This document shows positions 1-10,430 of a stretch of DNA of 64,000 nucleotides, piece after piece. The stretch is from Bradymonadia bacterium (lineage in GTDB: Bacteria > Myxococcota_A > Bradymonadia > UBA7976 > UBA1532): NCBI GenBank assembly GCA_046290225.1, contig JBKAGE010000035.1:416001-480000 (forward strand). Reading direction: 5' to 3'. Within the stretch, counting starts at the first letter, position 1; every line of letters starts with the position of its first letter. The notes below the pieces were generated by a model. The model had not been told where the DNA came from. It saw nothing but the letters and a program-made list of their open reading frames with translations, and did no database searches. Made by a program: the position numbers and the translations under genes.

Positions 1-492
1 AACCCCGAGGATGGCCCGGGCGAGGCCCTTCGCGTCTAGATCTGGCTTGAGGTGTCCATCGCTCACGCCTTGCTCAATGCGTTGGGTGAGCATCATCAGT
101 GTCGCAGTACGGCGGTTGATGAGATCGGCATCAGCGTCAGCGCTCTTGGGCTGGTCGAGGCGCCCGGAAGAGAGCACCGCGCACCCACGTGGGCGGTCAG
201 GGCGAGTAAAGGTCGACACCGCGCTGACCAGCAACGCTCTGAGCGCCTCACCAGCATGAGGGCGGCTCAGAGCGCTCACCATGAACCCGCCGTTCTGGGC
301 GTTGTAGAGGTCCATGGCACGACGGAACAGATCCGCCTTGCTGCCAAAGGTGTTGTAGAGGCTCGACGGGCCGATCTCGAGGGCCTCGGTGAGATCATTG
401 ATCGAGGTCGCCTCGTATCCGCGGCGCCAGAACACCTCGGCGGCGATCTCCAAGCTCTCGTCCACAGGGCGTTTTCGGGGTCGGCCTGCCAT
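1..492 (-). CDS. TetR/AcrR family transcriptional regulator (3' end runs off the window; not in ORF track)
   Basis: Manual translation from ATG at 492: MAGRPRKRPVDESLEIAAEVFWRRGYEATSINDLTEALEIGPSSLYNTFGSKADLF, a typical TetR HTH; starts 8 bp downstream of the SDR stop. Confidence 0.9.
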   Translation of the reverse strand, partial: MAGRPRKRPVDESLEIAAEVFWRRGYEATSINDLTEALEIGPSSLYNTFGSKADLFRRAMDLYNAQNGGFMVSALSRPHAGEALRALLVSAVSTFTRPDRPRGCAVLSSGRLDQPKSADADADLINRRTATLMMLTQRIEQGVSDGHLKPDLDAKGLARAILGV

Positions 493-500
493 GGCTCACC

Positions 501-1253
501 TCACAGTTCGGTCATCCCGCCGTCGACCACGTACTCGGACCCTGTGACGAAGGCGGCGTCGTTGGACAACAGGAACGATGCCACCGCAGCAACATCTTCA
601 GGAGTGCCGAAGCGGCCGAGGGGCACCCGTGCGACGATTTGCTCTGCCATGCCATTGATCTGCTCTTGGGACATGCCCGTGCGATCGAAGAAGCCAGTGC
701 TGATGGGCCCGGGGCTCACAGCGTTGACCCTGATCTTACGGCCGGCGAGCTCAGCGGCGAGCACGCGGGTCACGGTGCGTAGGGCGCCCTTGGTGGAGGC
801 GTAGACCACGGCACCTGGCATGCCGAGGTCTTGTGCGACCGAGGTGTTCAGGACGACCGCTCCACCGTCGGCGATGAGCCCGGAGATGGCGCCTACCTGA
901 AGCACTGGGCCTCGAACGTTGACGTTGTACTGTTGATCGAAGGCCTCAGCGGTGATTTGGTCATGGGGGATGAAGACGCCGTACCCAGCATTCAGGAAGA
1001 GACCATGGATCTGACCGAAGTTGTCTTTGATCCAGCTGGTCAGGGTGGCGACAGCCTCTGGATCTCCTGCGTCGTTCACCAAGGTGCGCAGGCCGGGGAT
1101 TTGGGCCTTGGCGGCATTGAGTTTCACTTCGTTGGTGCCGGTGACGAGGACCTCGCCGCCTTCTTCGATGATGCGCGCTGCCGTGGCCAGGCCGATGCCA
1201 CCAGAGCCACCCGTGATGACGATCTTCTGTCCTTCAAAGCGCTTCATGGTCAT
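501..1253 (-). CDS. SDR family NAD(P)-dependent oxidoreductase
   Basis: TGGSGGIG Rossmann motif, NAG, YASTK catalytic motif, VNAVSPG, C-terminal DGG. Confidence 0.95.
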   Translation of the reverse strand: MTMKRFEGQKIVITGGSGGIGLATAARIIEEGGEVLVTGTNEVKLNAAKAQIPGLRTLVNDAGDPEAVATLTSWIKDNFGQIHGLFLNAGYGVFIPHDQITAEAFDQQYNVNVRGPVLQVGAISGLIADGGAVVLNTSVAQDLGMPGAVVYASTKGALRTVTRVLAAELAGRKIRVNAVSPGPISTGFFDRTGMSQEQINGMAEQIVARVPLGRFGTPEDVAAVASFLLSNDAAFVTGSEYVVDGGMTEL

Positions 1254-1284
1254 TCTCCTGTGATGTCTTTCGAGATGCGTTTCA

Positions 1285-1365
1285 TTTTGGAGTGATCACT
1301 TCATGATGAATCGCAGAAGGGCCATCAACAGGATTTCGTACTTTTTTGGAGTGATGGCTTCAAAA
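1285..1365. promoter_or_regulatory. Pair of palindromic operator-like sites upstream of SDR-tetR
   Basis: TTTTGGAGTGATCACTTCA (1285-1303) and TTTTGGAGTGATGGCTTCAAAA (1344-1365); 17/19 identical, each an imperfect inverted repeat. Confidence 0.7.
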
Positions 1366-1373
1366 GGGTGGGA

Positions 1374-1390
1374 TGCCCCTGAAAGGGGCA
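1374..1390 (-). terminator. Possible hairpin downstream of cysS
   Basis: TGCCCC-TGAAA-GGGGCA just past the cysS stop; weak U-tract. Confidence 0.4.
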
Positions 1391-1396
1391 CAGGTG

Positions 1397-2896
1397 TCAG
1401 GCCTCGGCGGGGGCGGCGCTCTCTTGCACGTCTTGTACGAACCAGTCAGTGCCCGAGGTGCCGTCCATGATGACCACGCCGGCTTCGAGCAGTTCGTCGC
1501 GGATGCCATCAGCAGCAGCCCAGTCTTTGGCCTGACGGGCGTCAAGACGGGCCTGAATACGCTCTTCGATCCACTCGAGAGAGAGCTCACGACGAGCGGC
1601 TGCCTTGGTGCGATGTCGCTCGAGGTAGCTGACGGGGTCGTCGCTGAAGAGGTTGAGTACGGCATCGACCTTGCGCAACGCCTGCATGAGCATGCGAGCC
1701 CCGGCGGCGGCCATGGGCTTGCGCTTGGCCTTCCGGATGGAGGCGAACTCGTTGAGCAGCTTGAAGGCTTCGGCGAGCAGGGCCATGGACTTCGCGGTGT
1801 TGAAGTCGTCATCCATGGCCTCGCGGAACTGGGCCTCGAAGGTCTCGATGAACTTCTGGCCCTCGACGGGCCCGTTGAAGGGCGCGATGTCTTCGGCGAG
1901 CAGCAGGTCCACCTTGCGCAGCGTCTCGTAGAAGTAGCCCATGCGCTGGGCGGCCTCGTTGAGGGTGACGTCGCTGTAGTTGATGGGGTGCCGGTAGTGG
2001 GTGCTCATCAGGAACAACCGCAAGACGAGGGGCTCATAGAGATCGAGCACCTCTCGAATGCTGAAGAAGTTGCCCAGCGATTTGGACATCTTCTCACCAT
2101 CGACGTTCACGAAGCCGTTGTGCAGCCAGTAGCGTACATACTGGTGATTGTGGGCACCCTCGGATTGGGCGATCTCGTTCTCGTGGTGAGGGAACACCAG
2201 ATCGCTGCCGCCACCGTGAATGTCGAGCTCTTCGCCGAGCACGCTCTTGGACATGGCAGAACACTCGATGTGCCACCCGGGCCGACCAGGGCCCCAGGGG
2301 CTGTCCCAAGAGATCTCGCCTTCTTTGGCACCCTTCCATAGAGCGAAGTCCATGGGGTGACGCTTCTTGGTGTCTTCAGCGTTCACCCGACCGGATCGCC
2401 CGGCCTCCATGTCTTCGAGCTTGCGACCGCTGAGCTTGCCGTACCCTTCGAACTTTTCCACGGCGTAGTACACGTCGCCCTCGGAGGCGTACGCCATGTC
2501 GTTGTCGATGAGCTGCTGCACAAGGGCGATGATCTCGGGGATGGTGCCGCTTACCCGTGGCTCGTGATCAGGCCGGGCCACACCCAGATCGTCCATGTCG
2601 CGATGGAATGACTGGATGTTGGTCTCAGCGAGATCGAGAGGGGGTACACCCTGCTCTGCTGCACGCTTGATGATCTTGTCGTCGACGTCGGTAAAGTTCC
2701 GAACGTAGGTGACCTCGTAGTTGGCGTACTTGAGGTAGCGGAACACGACATCGAAGGCGACGTAACAGCGGGCATGTCCCATATGGCTGTGGTCATAGGG
2801 GGTGACCCCGCAGACGTACATGCGCACCTTGCCCGGCTCGATGGGCTCGAAGGGGACTTTGGCGTGACCCAGGGAGTTGTAGACCTTCAACGTCAT
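1397..2896 (-). CDS. cysS: Cysteine--tRNA ligase
   Basis: MYVCGVTPYD, HMGH (HIGH), GRPGWHIECSAM, HGGGSDLVFPHHENE, KMSKS; start placed at MTLKVYNSL (2896). Confidence 0.98.
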   Translation of the reverse strand: MTLKVYNSLGHAKVPFEPIEPGKVRMYVCGVTPYDHSHMGHARCYVAFDVVFRYLKYANYEVTYVRNFTDVDDKIIKRAAEQGVPPLDLAETNIQSFHRDMDDLGVARPDHEPRVSGTIPEIIALVQQLIDNDMAYASEGDVYYAVEKFEGYGKLSGRKLEDMEAGRSGRVNAEDTKKRHPMDFALWKGAKEGEISWDSPWGPGRPGWHIECSAMSKSVLGEELDIHGGGSDLVFPHHENEIAQSEGAHNHQYVRYWLHNGFVNVDGEKMSKSLGNFFSIREVLDLYEPLVLRLFLMSTHYRHPINYSDVTLNEAAQRMGYFYETLRKVDLLLAEDIAPFNGPVEGQKFIETFEAQFREAMDDDFNTAKSMALLAEAFKLLNEFASIRKAKRKPMAAAGARMLMQALRKVDAVLNLFSDDPVSYLERHRTKAAARRELSLEWIEERIQARLDARQAKDWAAADGIRDELLEAGVVIMDGTSGTDWFVQDVQESAAPAEA

Positions 2897-3078
2897 GGTT
2901 CTGATGCCTCGGCCTCCGGTCAGGAGGCTCTTTGTTGGTTCTGCGCCCTCAACCATCACTCGGCTGAGGGGCTCGACATGATAGGGGACTCGTCAATGCG
3001 GAGCAATCGCAGGGGATTCCCCCGCGATTGCTCTGTGAGGTGTGGTTTAATGCCGAGGTCCGTGTTTGAGGGAGGTTG

Positions 3079-4005
3079 ATGCGCCACTGTCCGTCTTGCG
3101 GCCGAGATTTGAAGGGGGCTCGCCGCCGCTGTCCTTATTGTGGAGTGCCTCTGCCCATGGAGGGTCAGACGCTCGTGCAGCCCACGCTGCCACGGGGCAT
3201 TACGCCTGGTGAAGGCAGCACGCTCAGGGAAGGCAGCACTGCTGACGAGCATGTGGACGGCTCTACCCTCACCGAGACTGCTCAGAGCAGTCGTGGTATT
3301 CTCGGCACCCTGGTCGGGATGCCCACGATGCCCAAATCCCCTGATGGGACCCTTGGCGCGAAGGTTCAGGGGCCGCCTCCACGGGTGGGCCCGCCCGGTA
3401 AAGACGCCACCCTCGAGATGAGCCCCATCGAGCGTCCTCGGCCCCGGGCCCGATTCGAAACTCGACCTCTGGGTACGCCCAAAGAGCTTGCTCAGACGAT
3501 GATCCGCGATGATGACGGCACTGAGCCTGTATCGGCACCGATTCATTTGCTCACTGAGCCCGCCAACAGCACGCGCCCGACCCTCCAGGCCCCCCCAGTG
3601 CCAGTGTCCACGAAGCTCGACCAGACCGATCCGGTGAACCTCACCGAGGCAGAGGTTCGGGCCATGGCGGCTGATACCCCTGTCGAGCCTTCGCCATCAC
3701 CTACGCCCTCCAAGCCCAAAGCCAAACCGGGCATTCATACGGCGCCGACTCAGCAAATGGCTCGGATCCGACCTGCCCAAACGCCCCCACCTGATGCTGC
3801 TCGGGTGGCGCGGCCGATGACCCCGGAAGAGCAGGAGAAGCATCGCGAGGCCCGGGCCCGTCGCGAAGCGATGGACATGACCCAGCAGCTGCCCCGGATC
3901 CCAGAGAGCCAGAAGAAGCCCATTGATCAGCGCCCCTTGATCATGGCCCTCGCTGTCGTGGGCGCGGCTCTCTGTGGCGCCCTCATGTACTTTGTCGTGG
4001 AATAG
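3079..4005 (+). CDS. Hypothetical: N-terminal double CxxC zinc ribbon, Pro-rich linker, C-terminal TM helix
   Basis: CPSC...CPYC, Pro/Thr-rich middle, hydrophobic C-terminus; GGAGG upstream. Confidence 0.75.
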   Translation: MRHCPSCGRDLKGARRRCPYCGVPLPMEGQTLVQPTLPRGITPGEGSTLREGSTADEHVDGSTLTETAQSSRGILGTLVGMPTMPKSPDGTLGAKVQGPPPRVGPPGKDATLEMSPIERPRPRARFETRPLGTPKELAQTMIRDDDGTEPVSAPIHLLTEPANSTRPTLQAPPVPVSTKLDQTDPVNLTEAEVRAMAADTPVEPSPSPTPSKPKAKPGIHTAPTQQMARIRPAQTPPPDAARVARPMTPEEQEKHREARARREAMDMTQQLPRIPESQKKPIDQRPLIMALAVVGAALCGALMYFVVE

Positions 4006-4163
4006 CGACGTCCCCCACAGCGATCCAAACGGTAAAGACCAGCGGCACACCAGGGCTGCAGGGCACAAATGAAGATCTGCTTGAGCAGTGGGTCTGTATG
4101 TACCCTTCTTTTGAAATCAGGCCCTTGCTACCGTGATTGCCGAGCATTTGAACGAGGTACCCA

Positions 4164-7100
4164 ATGTTGAAACGTCGCCATGTATGGGGGGCCTGCGCGT
4201 CCCTGAGCTTGATGGTGTTCTTTGGCTGTGCAGATGGGGGAGATCCTGTGGGTGCCTCCGACACGGATGCCATGGCCCCCCGAGACACCGGCCCACCCAT
4301 CAGACCTGATGCTTCTCTCGTCTTCAGACCCGACGCTGCGATGCTCGGTGCCTTCGGTGATCCGTGTCGCAGTGGGGCTGAGTGTGCTTCAGGCTTCTGT
4401 ATCGAAGCCCCTGCCGGTGGAAAGGTGTGCACCGAGCGCTGTGTGGGCGGTGAGTGTCCAGAGGGCTTCGAGTGTACTCCCGTTGATTCTGATGGTGCCG
4501 ATCGCGACTTCTACTGTCTCGCTGATCGCCCTGATCTCTGTCGTCGGTGCGCTTCGGATCGCGAGTGCGACGACAATGAAGATCTCTGCCTGCAAATTGG
4601 CTTGAGCACCTGGTGTGGTGAGGACTGCTCCCGCACGGGAGTTTGCCCTGATGGTTACGAGTGTGTCGATGTCATCGGGCGTCAGATCGCCGACGAGATC
4701 GAGGATCTCGATGCTGGGGTAGGGGATGCTGGCTTGACCTTCCGCCAGTGTGTGCCCGTGGAGCGGGCCTGCGCGCCGTGCACTGATGCTGATGGCGATG
4801 GGTACGGTGATGGCGATGATTGCCTGGGCTTCGACTGCAACGACAACGATCCTCTGACCCACGAGGGGGCGCCGGAGCTGTGTGATGGTCGCGACAACAA
4901 CTGCAACTCCCTGGTGGACGAGCCAGAGTCGCTGACCACGCCCCCTGCAGACATGACCTGTCTCAGCGACGGGGTCTGCCTCGGCAGTGTGGTCATCTGC
5001 TTGGAGGGTGGCTGGGCCTGTAACTACCCTGAGGTCTACGAGAGCCCCGCCGAGCTCAGCTGTGACGGGCTCGACAACGATTGTGATGGTACAGCCGACG
5101 ACGACTTTGATCTCCAGGTCGACAACGCCAACTGCGGATTCTGTGGCAACGCGTGCACCTATGAGAACGCTGAAGGCCTCTGCGAAGCGGGTCAGTGTCT
5201 GCTCGGGCCCTGTGAAGAGGGCTTCCACAACAACGACGGCATCATCGAAAACGGTTGTGAGTACGTCTGCGTGATCACCCAGGAAGGCGTAGAGGCCTGC
5301 GACGAGGTGGACAACGACTGTGACGGGCAGACCGATGAGGACTTCGACGTACAGACAGATGTGGCCCATTGCGGCGCCTGCAACAGCGCCTGTGATTTTC
5401 CTCGGGCCATGCCGGTGTGCGCCGAGGGTGCTTGTGCCATTGAAGCGTGCGAAGCGGGATGGGTCGATCTTGATGGTGAGCTGGCCAACGGTTGCGAGTT
5501 CGAGTGTGCGCCGAGCAATGGCGGGGTCGAAGCCTGTGACGAGGTGGACAACGACTGTGATGGGCAGACCGATGAGGACTTCGATCTGCAGATCAGCCTC
5601 GATCACTGCGGCGCCTGTAACGCGGTGTGTGCCTTCGCCAACGCCAACCCGCTGTGTGCCGCTGGTGATTGCCAGCTCGAGTCGTGTCAGCTGGGCTGGT
5701 TCGATGCCAACAACAGCATCGACGATGGCTGCGAGTATGCCTGTGTGCTCACCAACAATGGTGCCGAGGCCTGTGACGAGGTGGACAACGACTGCGATGC
5801 TCGGACCGACGAGGACTATGATCTGAGCTCGGACGTGCAGAACTGTGGTCAGTGCCGAAACCAGTGCTTCTTCGCCAACGCAGCCTCTGCCTGTGAGGAT
5901 GGCGGGTGTGTACTCGCGGCCTGCAACGAGGGCTTCTTCAACATCGATGGTCGGCTGGACAATGGCTGCGAATATGCCTGTGTGCCGAGCAACGGTGGTG
6001 TCGAGATCTGCGACGAGGTGGACAACGACTGTGATGGGCAGACCGACGAAGATTTCAACCTGCTCTCCGACGTCGACAACTGCAACCGGTGTGGGAACGC
6101 ATGTGCCCTGCCCAACGCCTTCAATCGCTGTGTCACCGGCGCCTGCCGCATTGCCCAGTGCCAGGAGAACTTCTACGACATCGACGGGATTCTGGAGAAC
6201 GGCTGTGAGTACAGCTGCGCGCTGACGAACGGCGGTGTCGAGGTTTGCGACAACATCGACAACAACTGCGATGGCCAGGTGGATGAGGTCTTCGACTTCG
6301 ACGTGAGCCTGGAGCATTGCGGTGGGTGCAACCAGGCCTGCGAGCGTGACGGCGCGACGGCGGTCTGCTTTGGTGGGAACTGCCGACTCGACACCTGCCT
6401 CGAGGGTTTTGAAGATCGCGACGGCCTCGAAGAGAACGGCTGCGAGTTCGAGTGTCAGGACGAAGACTGGCCCGACGCCGAGGGCATCGACGCCAACTGT
6501 GATGGCATCGATGGTGACATCTCTGATGCTGTCTTCGTTTCAGCTGACGGTCGCCCCGGCGCTGCGGGCACCATCGACGACCCCTTCGACAGCATCAATG
6601 CCGCCATCACCCGGGCCGAGGACCTGGACATGCATCAGGTGCTGGTCTCCAGCGGGACCTACTCAGGCATCGTCGTGGTGCGCAACGGCGTGGGTGTGTA
6701 CGGCGGGTACGATGCCATGGGTGGCTGGCGGCGAAACTTCGGTGCCTTCATCAGCCGCATCGAAGGGGCCGGCTTCGGCATGATCATCGCCAACATCGAC
6801 GAGCGCACTGACGTACAGGGCATGCACATCACCAGCCTCGACGCTGCGGTCTCAGGGCAGTCGGTCTACGGCGTGTATGTCCGTGATGCCGTCGAGGGGG
6901 CGCTGACCCTGTCTCACAACGTGATCTCCTCCGGTGACGGCGGCAACGGGACGGGTGGCCGGGACGCGACGTTCCAGCCCTCCGCTGATCTCAACGGTGG
7001 GGCTGGCACCAACGGCCAGAACGGCGACGATGGCGGGAGCAGCAACGGCAACGGTGGGCCTGGGGGCACCTCGAGCTGCAACCGGACCGGCGGCAACGGC

Positions 7101-7919
7101 GGTCGTGGCGGTTATGGCAACGGTAACAGCGGTGTTGGCGGCACAGGCGTCGGTGGCACCTCTGGCGGTGTGGCGCGGAGCGCGGGGTGCAGCAACCCTG
7201 GCGATGCAGGTCGAGACGGGGCCAACGGTGGCAACGGCGCCCACGGAAGCGCGGGCAATGGCAACGGCCAGGTCATCAACGACTTGTGGATCGGCAACGC
7301 AGGGACCTCGGGCCGTATCGGCAGCCATGGCAATGGTGGCGGCGGCGGCAGCGGTGGCGCCGGTGTGAGCAGCTGCCATCGTTGTGGTCTCGAGCCCTGT
7401 GACCTCGACTTCGTGGGGTGTGTGTGCAACGCGGATCGCGGCGGCGGTGGCGGCGGCGGTGGTGCTGGCGGTTGCGGTGGCAACGGCGCCTCTGGTGGGA
7501 CTGCTGGTGGTGGATCCTTCGGCGTGTTCATGGTGCGTGCCGACGTGGAGCTCATCAACAACGAGATCAGCAGTGGCCGTGGCGGTGTCGGCGGTGCCGG
7601 TGGCCGTGGCAACAACGGTGGCGACGGTGGTGGCAATGGCAACCCTGGTGGTGGCCGTGACGACTCCAGTGACGGCGGCCGTGGTGGTCGCGGCGGCGAT
7701 GGTGGCTGTGGCGGCCATGGTGGCGGTGGCAGCGGTGGCGTCAGTTATGCGGTATACACTCGAACTTCTGATCCTGATCTGGCGGGCAACCTCTTCATCC
7801 CCGGCCCTGGTGGCCAGGGGGGTGCTGCCGGATGTGACGACCTGAACGGGCGCTTCTGCTGCGCGCGCCAGGGCAACCCTGGGGCCCGTGGCTTGTCGGC
7901 GCCCCGTGGGGGAGATTGA
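4164..7919 (+). CDS. Large Cys-rich repeat lipoprotein (CDxxDNDCDG putative metal-binding repeats, NCGxCGxxC repeats, Gly-rich C-terminus)
   Basis: Lipobox VFFGC; 79-aa repeat units; Gly-rich tail. Confidence 0.85.
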   Translation: MLKRRHVWGACASLSLMVFFGCADGGDPVGASDTDAMAPRDTGPPIRPDASLVFRPDAAMLGAFGDPCRSGAECASGFCIEAPAGGKVCTERCVGGECPEGFECTPVDSDGADRDFYCLADRPDLCRRCASDRECDDNEDLCLQIGLSTWCGEDCSRTGVCPDGYECVDVIGRQIADEIEDLDAGVGDAGLTFRQCVPVERACAPCTDADGDGYGDGDDCLGFDCNDNDPLTHEGAPELCDGRDNNCNSLVDEPESLTTPPADMTCLSDGVCLGSVVICLEGGWACNYPEVYESPAELSCDGLDNDCDGTADDDFDLQVDNANCGFCGNACTYENAEGLCEAGQCLLGPCEEGFHNNDGIIENGCEYVCVITQEGVEACDEVDNDCDGQTDEDFDVQTDVAHCGACNSACDFPRAMPVCAEGACAIEACEAGWVDLDGELANGCEFECAPSNGGVEACDEVDNDCDGQTDEDFDLQISLDHCGACNAVCAFANANPLCAAGDCQLESCQLGWFDANNSIDDGCEYACVLTNNGAEACDEVDNDCDARTDEDYDLSSDVQNCGQCRNQCFFANAASACEDGGCVLAACNEGFFNIDGRLDNGCEYACVPSNGGVEICDEVDNDCDGQTDEDFNLLSDVDNCNRCGNACALPNAFNRCVTGACRIAQCQENFYDIDGILENGCEYSCALTNGGVEVCDNIDNNCDGQVDEVFDFDVSLEHCGGCNQACERDGATAVCFGGNCRLDTCLEGFEDRDGLEENGCEFECQDEDWPDAEGIDANCDGIDGDISDAVFVSADGRPGAAGTIDDPFDSINAAITRAEDLDMHQVLVSSGTYSGIVVVRNGVGVYGGYDAMGGWRRNFGAFISRIEGAGFGMIIANIDERTDVQGMHITSLDAAVSGQSVYGVYVRDAVEGALTLSHNVISSGDGGNGTGGRDATFQPSADLNGGAGTNGQNGDDGGSSNGNGGPGGTSSCNRTGGNGGRGGYGNGNSGVGGTGVGGTSGGVARSAGCSNPGDAGRDGANGGNGAHGSAGNGNGQVINDLWIGNAGTSGRIGSHGNGGGGGSGGAGVSSCHRCGLEPCDLDFVGCVCNADRGGGGGGGGAGGCGGNGASGGTAGGGSFGVFMVRADVELINNEISSGRGGVGGAGGRGNNGGDGGGNGNPGGGRDDSSDGGRGGRGGDGGCGGHGGGGSGGVSYAVYTRTSDPDLAGNLFIPGPGGQGGAAGCDDLNGRFCCARQGNPGARGLSAPRGGD
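5301..6300 (+). repeat. 237-bp period intragenic tandem repeat
   Basis: GACGAGGTGGACAACGACTG at 5301, 5538, 5775, 6012 (exact 237-bp spacing, in frame), with degenerate flanking copies. Confidence 0.9.
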
Positions 7920-8422
7920 TGAGCGATCGTATCAGCCGCCCGGTGGCGGAGAGCCAGGCGGAGATGACCCAACTGGTGCTGCCACCTGACACCAATCACC
8001 ACGGCACCATCTTCGGCGGCCGGGTTCTACAGTGGATCGACATCGCCGCAGGCATCTCTGCTCAGAGGCACTGTCGGCAGAAGGTGGTCACGGCAGCCAT
8101 CGACGAGATGCACTTCAACCTGCCCATCAAGCAGGGCGATATTGTCATCTTGCGCTCATCGGTGAACTTCGTGTCGCGATCTTCCATGGAGATCGGCGTA
8201 CGGGTCGAGCGAGAGTCACCGGCCACGGGTCGGCGTTTTCATGCAGCGACGGCCTACCTGACCTTTGTGGCTCTCGATGGTGACGATCATCCTGTCGAGG
8301 TGCCGATGCTGACCCTGCTCACCGATGAAGAGCGTCGTCGGTGGTCCGAAGCCGAGGCGCGCCGTGCTGCTCGTCTCGAGCGTCGCGCTGTGCTGTTGGC
8401 GAAGCAAAAAGCCGAGCAGTAG
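7919..8422 (+). CDS. Acyl-CoA thioesterase (hotdog fold, YciA-like)
   Basis: DTNHHGTIFGG, VVTAAID, SSMEIGV, AYLTFVALD. Confidence 0.93.
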   Translation: MSDRISRPVAESQAEMTQLVLPPDTNHHGTIFGGRVLQWIDIAAGISAQRHCRQKVVTAAIDEMHFNLPIKQGDIVILRSSVNFVSRSSMEIGVRVERESPATGRRFHAATAYLTFVALDGDDHPVEVPMLTLLTDEERRRWSEAEARRAARLERRAVLLAKQKAEQ

Positions 8423-8428
8423 CACCTG

Positions 8429-9319
8429 GTGCCTGCCCCGCTCCGCCCACCTCCATTGCCCGAGCACCCAGTTGTTCGGGTCGTCCACCCATCTGGCAGC
8501 ATTCGTCCAGCACATCGTCCCCGCCTGCAGGCTGGCGTCGAGGCACTTCGAGCCGCCGGCTGTGAAGTCCGTTGGGCGTCGGATCGCATGTTCGATGTCT
8601 GGCGCGGCTACTACGCTGGCTCTGACGAGGTTCGAGCGCAGGAGTTGATCTCGGCGCTCTCCGAGCCTGGTGTCGACATCATCTGGTGTGCCCGTGGGGG
8701 CTCTGGCGCGGCGCGAGTGACCCCCGAGATCATCAATGCTGCCCGAGGTCTATCGCCGAGGATCCTCGTGGGCTTCAGCGATGTCACCGCCTTGTTGAGT
8801 GGTCTCCAGCGTCATCTTGGTTGGGTCACGTTCCATGGGCCCACCGTGACCCTGCTCGGTGATGATCCGAGCCTGGCTGTACGATCGCTCGATGCGCTGA
8901 GGCGACCTCGATGGTCCGTCACATGCCCGCCTGGACCAGGGCCAGAGCTGAGAGGCGCCATCTTGGGTGGGAACTTGATGGTGCTCGCCTCACTGGCAGG
9001 CACCAAGCTGATGCCTGTCGATTCAGGTTCGATTGTATTGCTCGAAGAGGTGGGTGAGTCCCGCTATCGGATTGATCGAGCGTTCCATCAGCTGCTCCAA
9101 ACCCCATGGCTCCAACACGCTCACGGTGTATGGCTGGGCGATTTGGGCCTCGACGCTGAGAGTACGCTCCAAACCGAGGCCATGGCACTGGATGTCTCAC
9201 CTCTACCCCTGATCACAGGTGCACCGGCTGGTCATCGAGGGCCAGTTCAGATCGTGCCGCTCGGATGGCCTGGGGTCTTGTCGCCGGAACAGGGCATATG
9301 GAGAGGGGACGAGGGTTGA
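8429..9319 (+). CDS. LD-carboxypeptidase, peptidase S66 family
   Basis: ARGGSG, GFSDVT, TFHGP, GGNL, LLEEVGE, AGH. Confidence 0.9.
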   Translation: MPAPLRPPPLPEHPVVRVVHPSGSIRPAHRPRLQAGVEALRAAGCEVRWASDRMFDVWRGYYAGSDEVRAQELISALSEPGVDIIWCARGGSGAARVTPEIINAARGLSPRILVGFSDVTALLSGLQRHLGWVTFHGPTVTLLGDDPSLAVRSLDALRRPRWSVTCPPGPGPELRGAILGGNLMVLASLAGTKLMPVDSGSIVLLEEVGESRYRIDRAFHQLLQTPWLQHAHGVWLGDLGLDAESTLQTEAMALDVSPLPLITGAPAGHRGPVQIVPLGWPGVLSPEQGIWRGDEG

Positions 9320-9320
9320 G

Positions 9321-10430
9321 ATGAGCCATTGGATCGGACACATCGACGAAGCCCTGAAGACTGCAGCCCTCCCAGATGCCAAGGGCCTGAGAGTGGCACC
9401 TGCTCTGGCCCTTGGCGTGAGCACGCTCAGAGGTCAATCCCGATGCTGGTACGCGGGGCAGGCGACACCTCACACGATCTTCGATCTCGCTTCCTTGACC
9501 AAACCACTGACCACTCTGTTGTGGGGTTTGAGACTGGTCGAAGCTGGCCGTCTGACGCTGACCGAGCCCATTGGGCGTTGGATCGATGTGAAATCACGAT
9601 CCCTGGCCACGAGCCCGGTGTGGCGTTTGCTCAATCACACCACAGGCCTCGCGGCGCATCGCTGCTACTTCGAAGAGCACGCTTCAGCAGCGCTGGCCGG
9701 CGAGCATCGCAAGGTCTACACCCAGGTGCTGGCGTCGATCAGACAAGACGCTTTGGAGGCTGATCCTGGCGCTCGAGAGCGATACAGCGACTTGGGCTTT
9801 CTATTGCTTGCCGAGCTCTTGGGTCGGGTCGATGGCTCACTTGGCGATGTATGGCCTCAGCTCCCTGGCCATTCACCCTCGGCTCTTCATTTTCGAGCCT
9901 TGGAGCAACCACTCCACGAGGTGGCGCGCTATGCGCCCACCGAGCAGTGTGATTGGCGGGGCCGGTTGCTCCGTGGCGAGGTACACGACGACAACTGCTG
10001 GGCCATGGGTGGCCTCTGCGGACATGCTGGAGCCTTTGGTGATCTAGAGAGTGTGCTCGCTCTGGGGCAGGGGTTTCTCAAGGCCTGGTTGGGGCAGGGG
10101 AGTGATCTGGGTATTTCACCGGAGCTGATGCAGCTCACGTGTGATCGAAGCTGGATGCATCCCAATGGCACTCGGGTGTTGGGCTGGGACACCCCGACAC
10201 CGGGTCGTAGCTCTGCTGGTCAACACATCAGCCTTGGGAGCGTCGGTCATCTGGGATTCACGGGCACATCCATCTGGTTGGACCCCGAGAGGGAGGCCGT
10301 GGTGGTGTTGTTGACCAATCGGGTGAGTCCCACGCGAACAAACACATTGATTCGGCAGTTCAGGCCATTGATCCACGATTTGGTGTGGCAGTGGTTGGAC
10401 GAAGCTCAAAGGATGCGCAGTGACGACTGA
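9321..10430 (+). CDS. Serine hydrolase, beta-lactamase/AmpC-like family
   Basis: FDLASLTK (SxxK), YSDLGF, GEVHDDN, GHAG, GHLGFTG, LTNR. Confidence 0.92.
   Translation: MSHWIGHIDEALKTAALPDAKGLRVAPALALGVSTLRGQSRCWYAGQATPHTIFDLASLTKPLTTLLWGLRLVEAGRLTLTEPIGRWIDVKSRSLATSPVWRLLNHTTGLAAHRCYFEEHASAALAGEHRKVYTQVLASIRQDALEADPGARERYSDLGFLLLAELLGRVDGSLGDVWPQLPGHSPSALHFRALEQPLHEVARYAPTEQCDWRGRLLRGEVHDDNCWAMGGLCGHAGAFGDLESVLALGQGFLKAWLGQGSDLGISPELMQLTCDRSWMHPNGTRVLGWDTPTPGRSSAGQHISLGSVGHLGFTGTSIWLDPEREAVVVLLTNRVSPTRTNTLIRQFRPLIHDLVWQWLDEAQRMRSDD

Noticed and set aside
5301..6300. Regularly spaced 20-nt exact repeats as a CRISPR array
   Set aside because: The 237-bp in-frame period with homologous intervening sequence is a protein repeat; no cas genes
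4389..6317. 642-aa minus-strand ORF
   Set aside because: Antisense shadow of the Cys-rich lipoprotein
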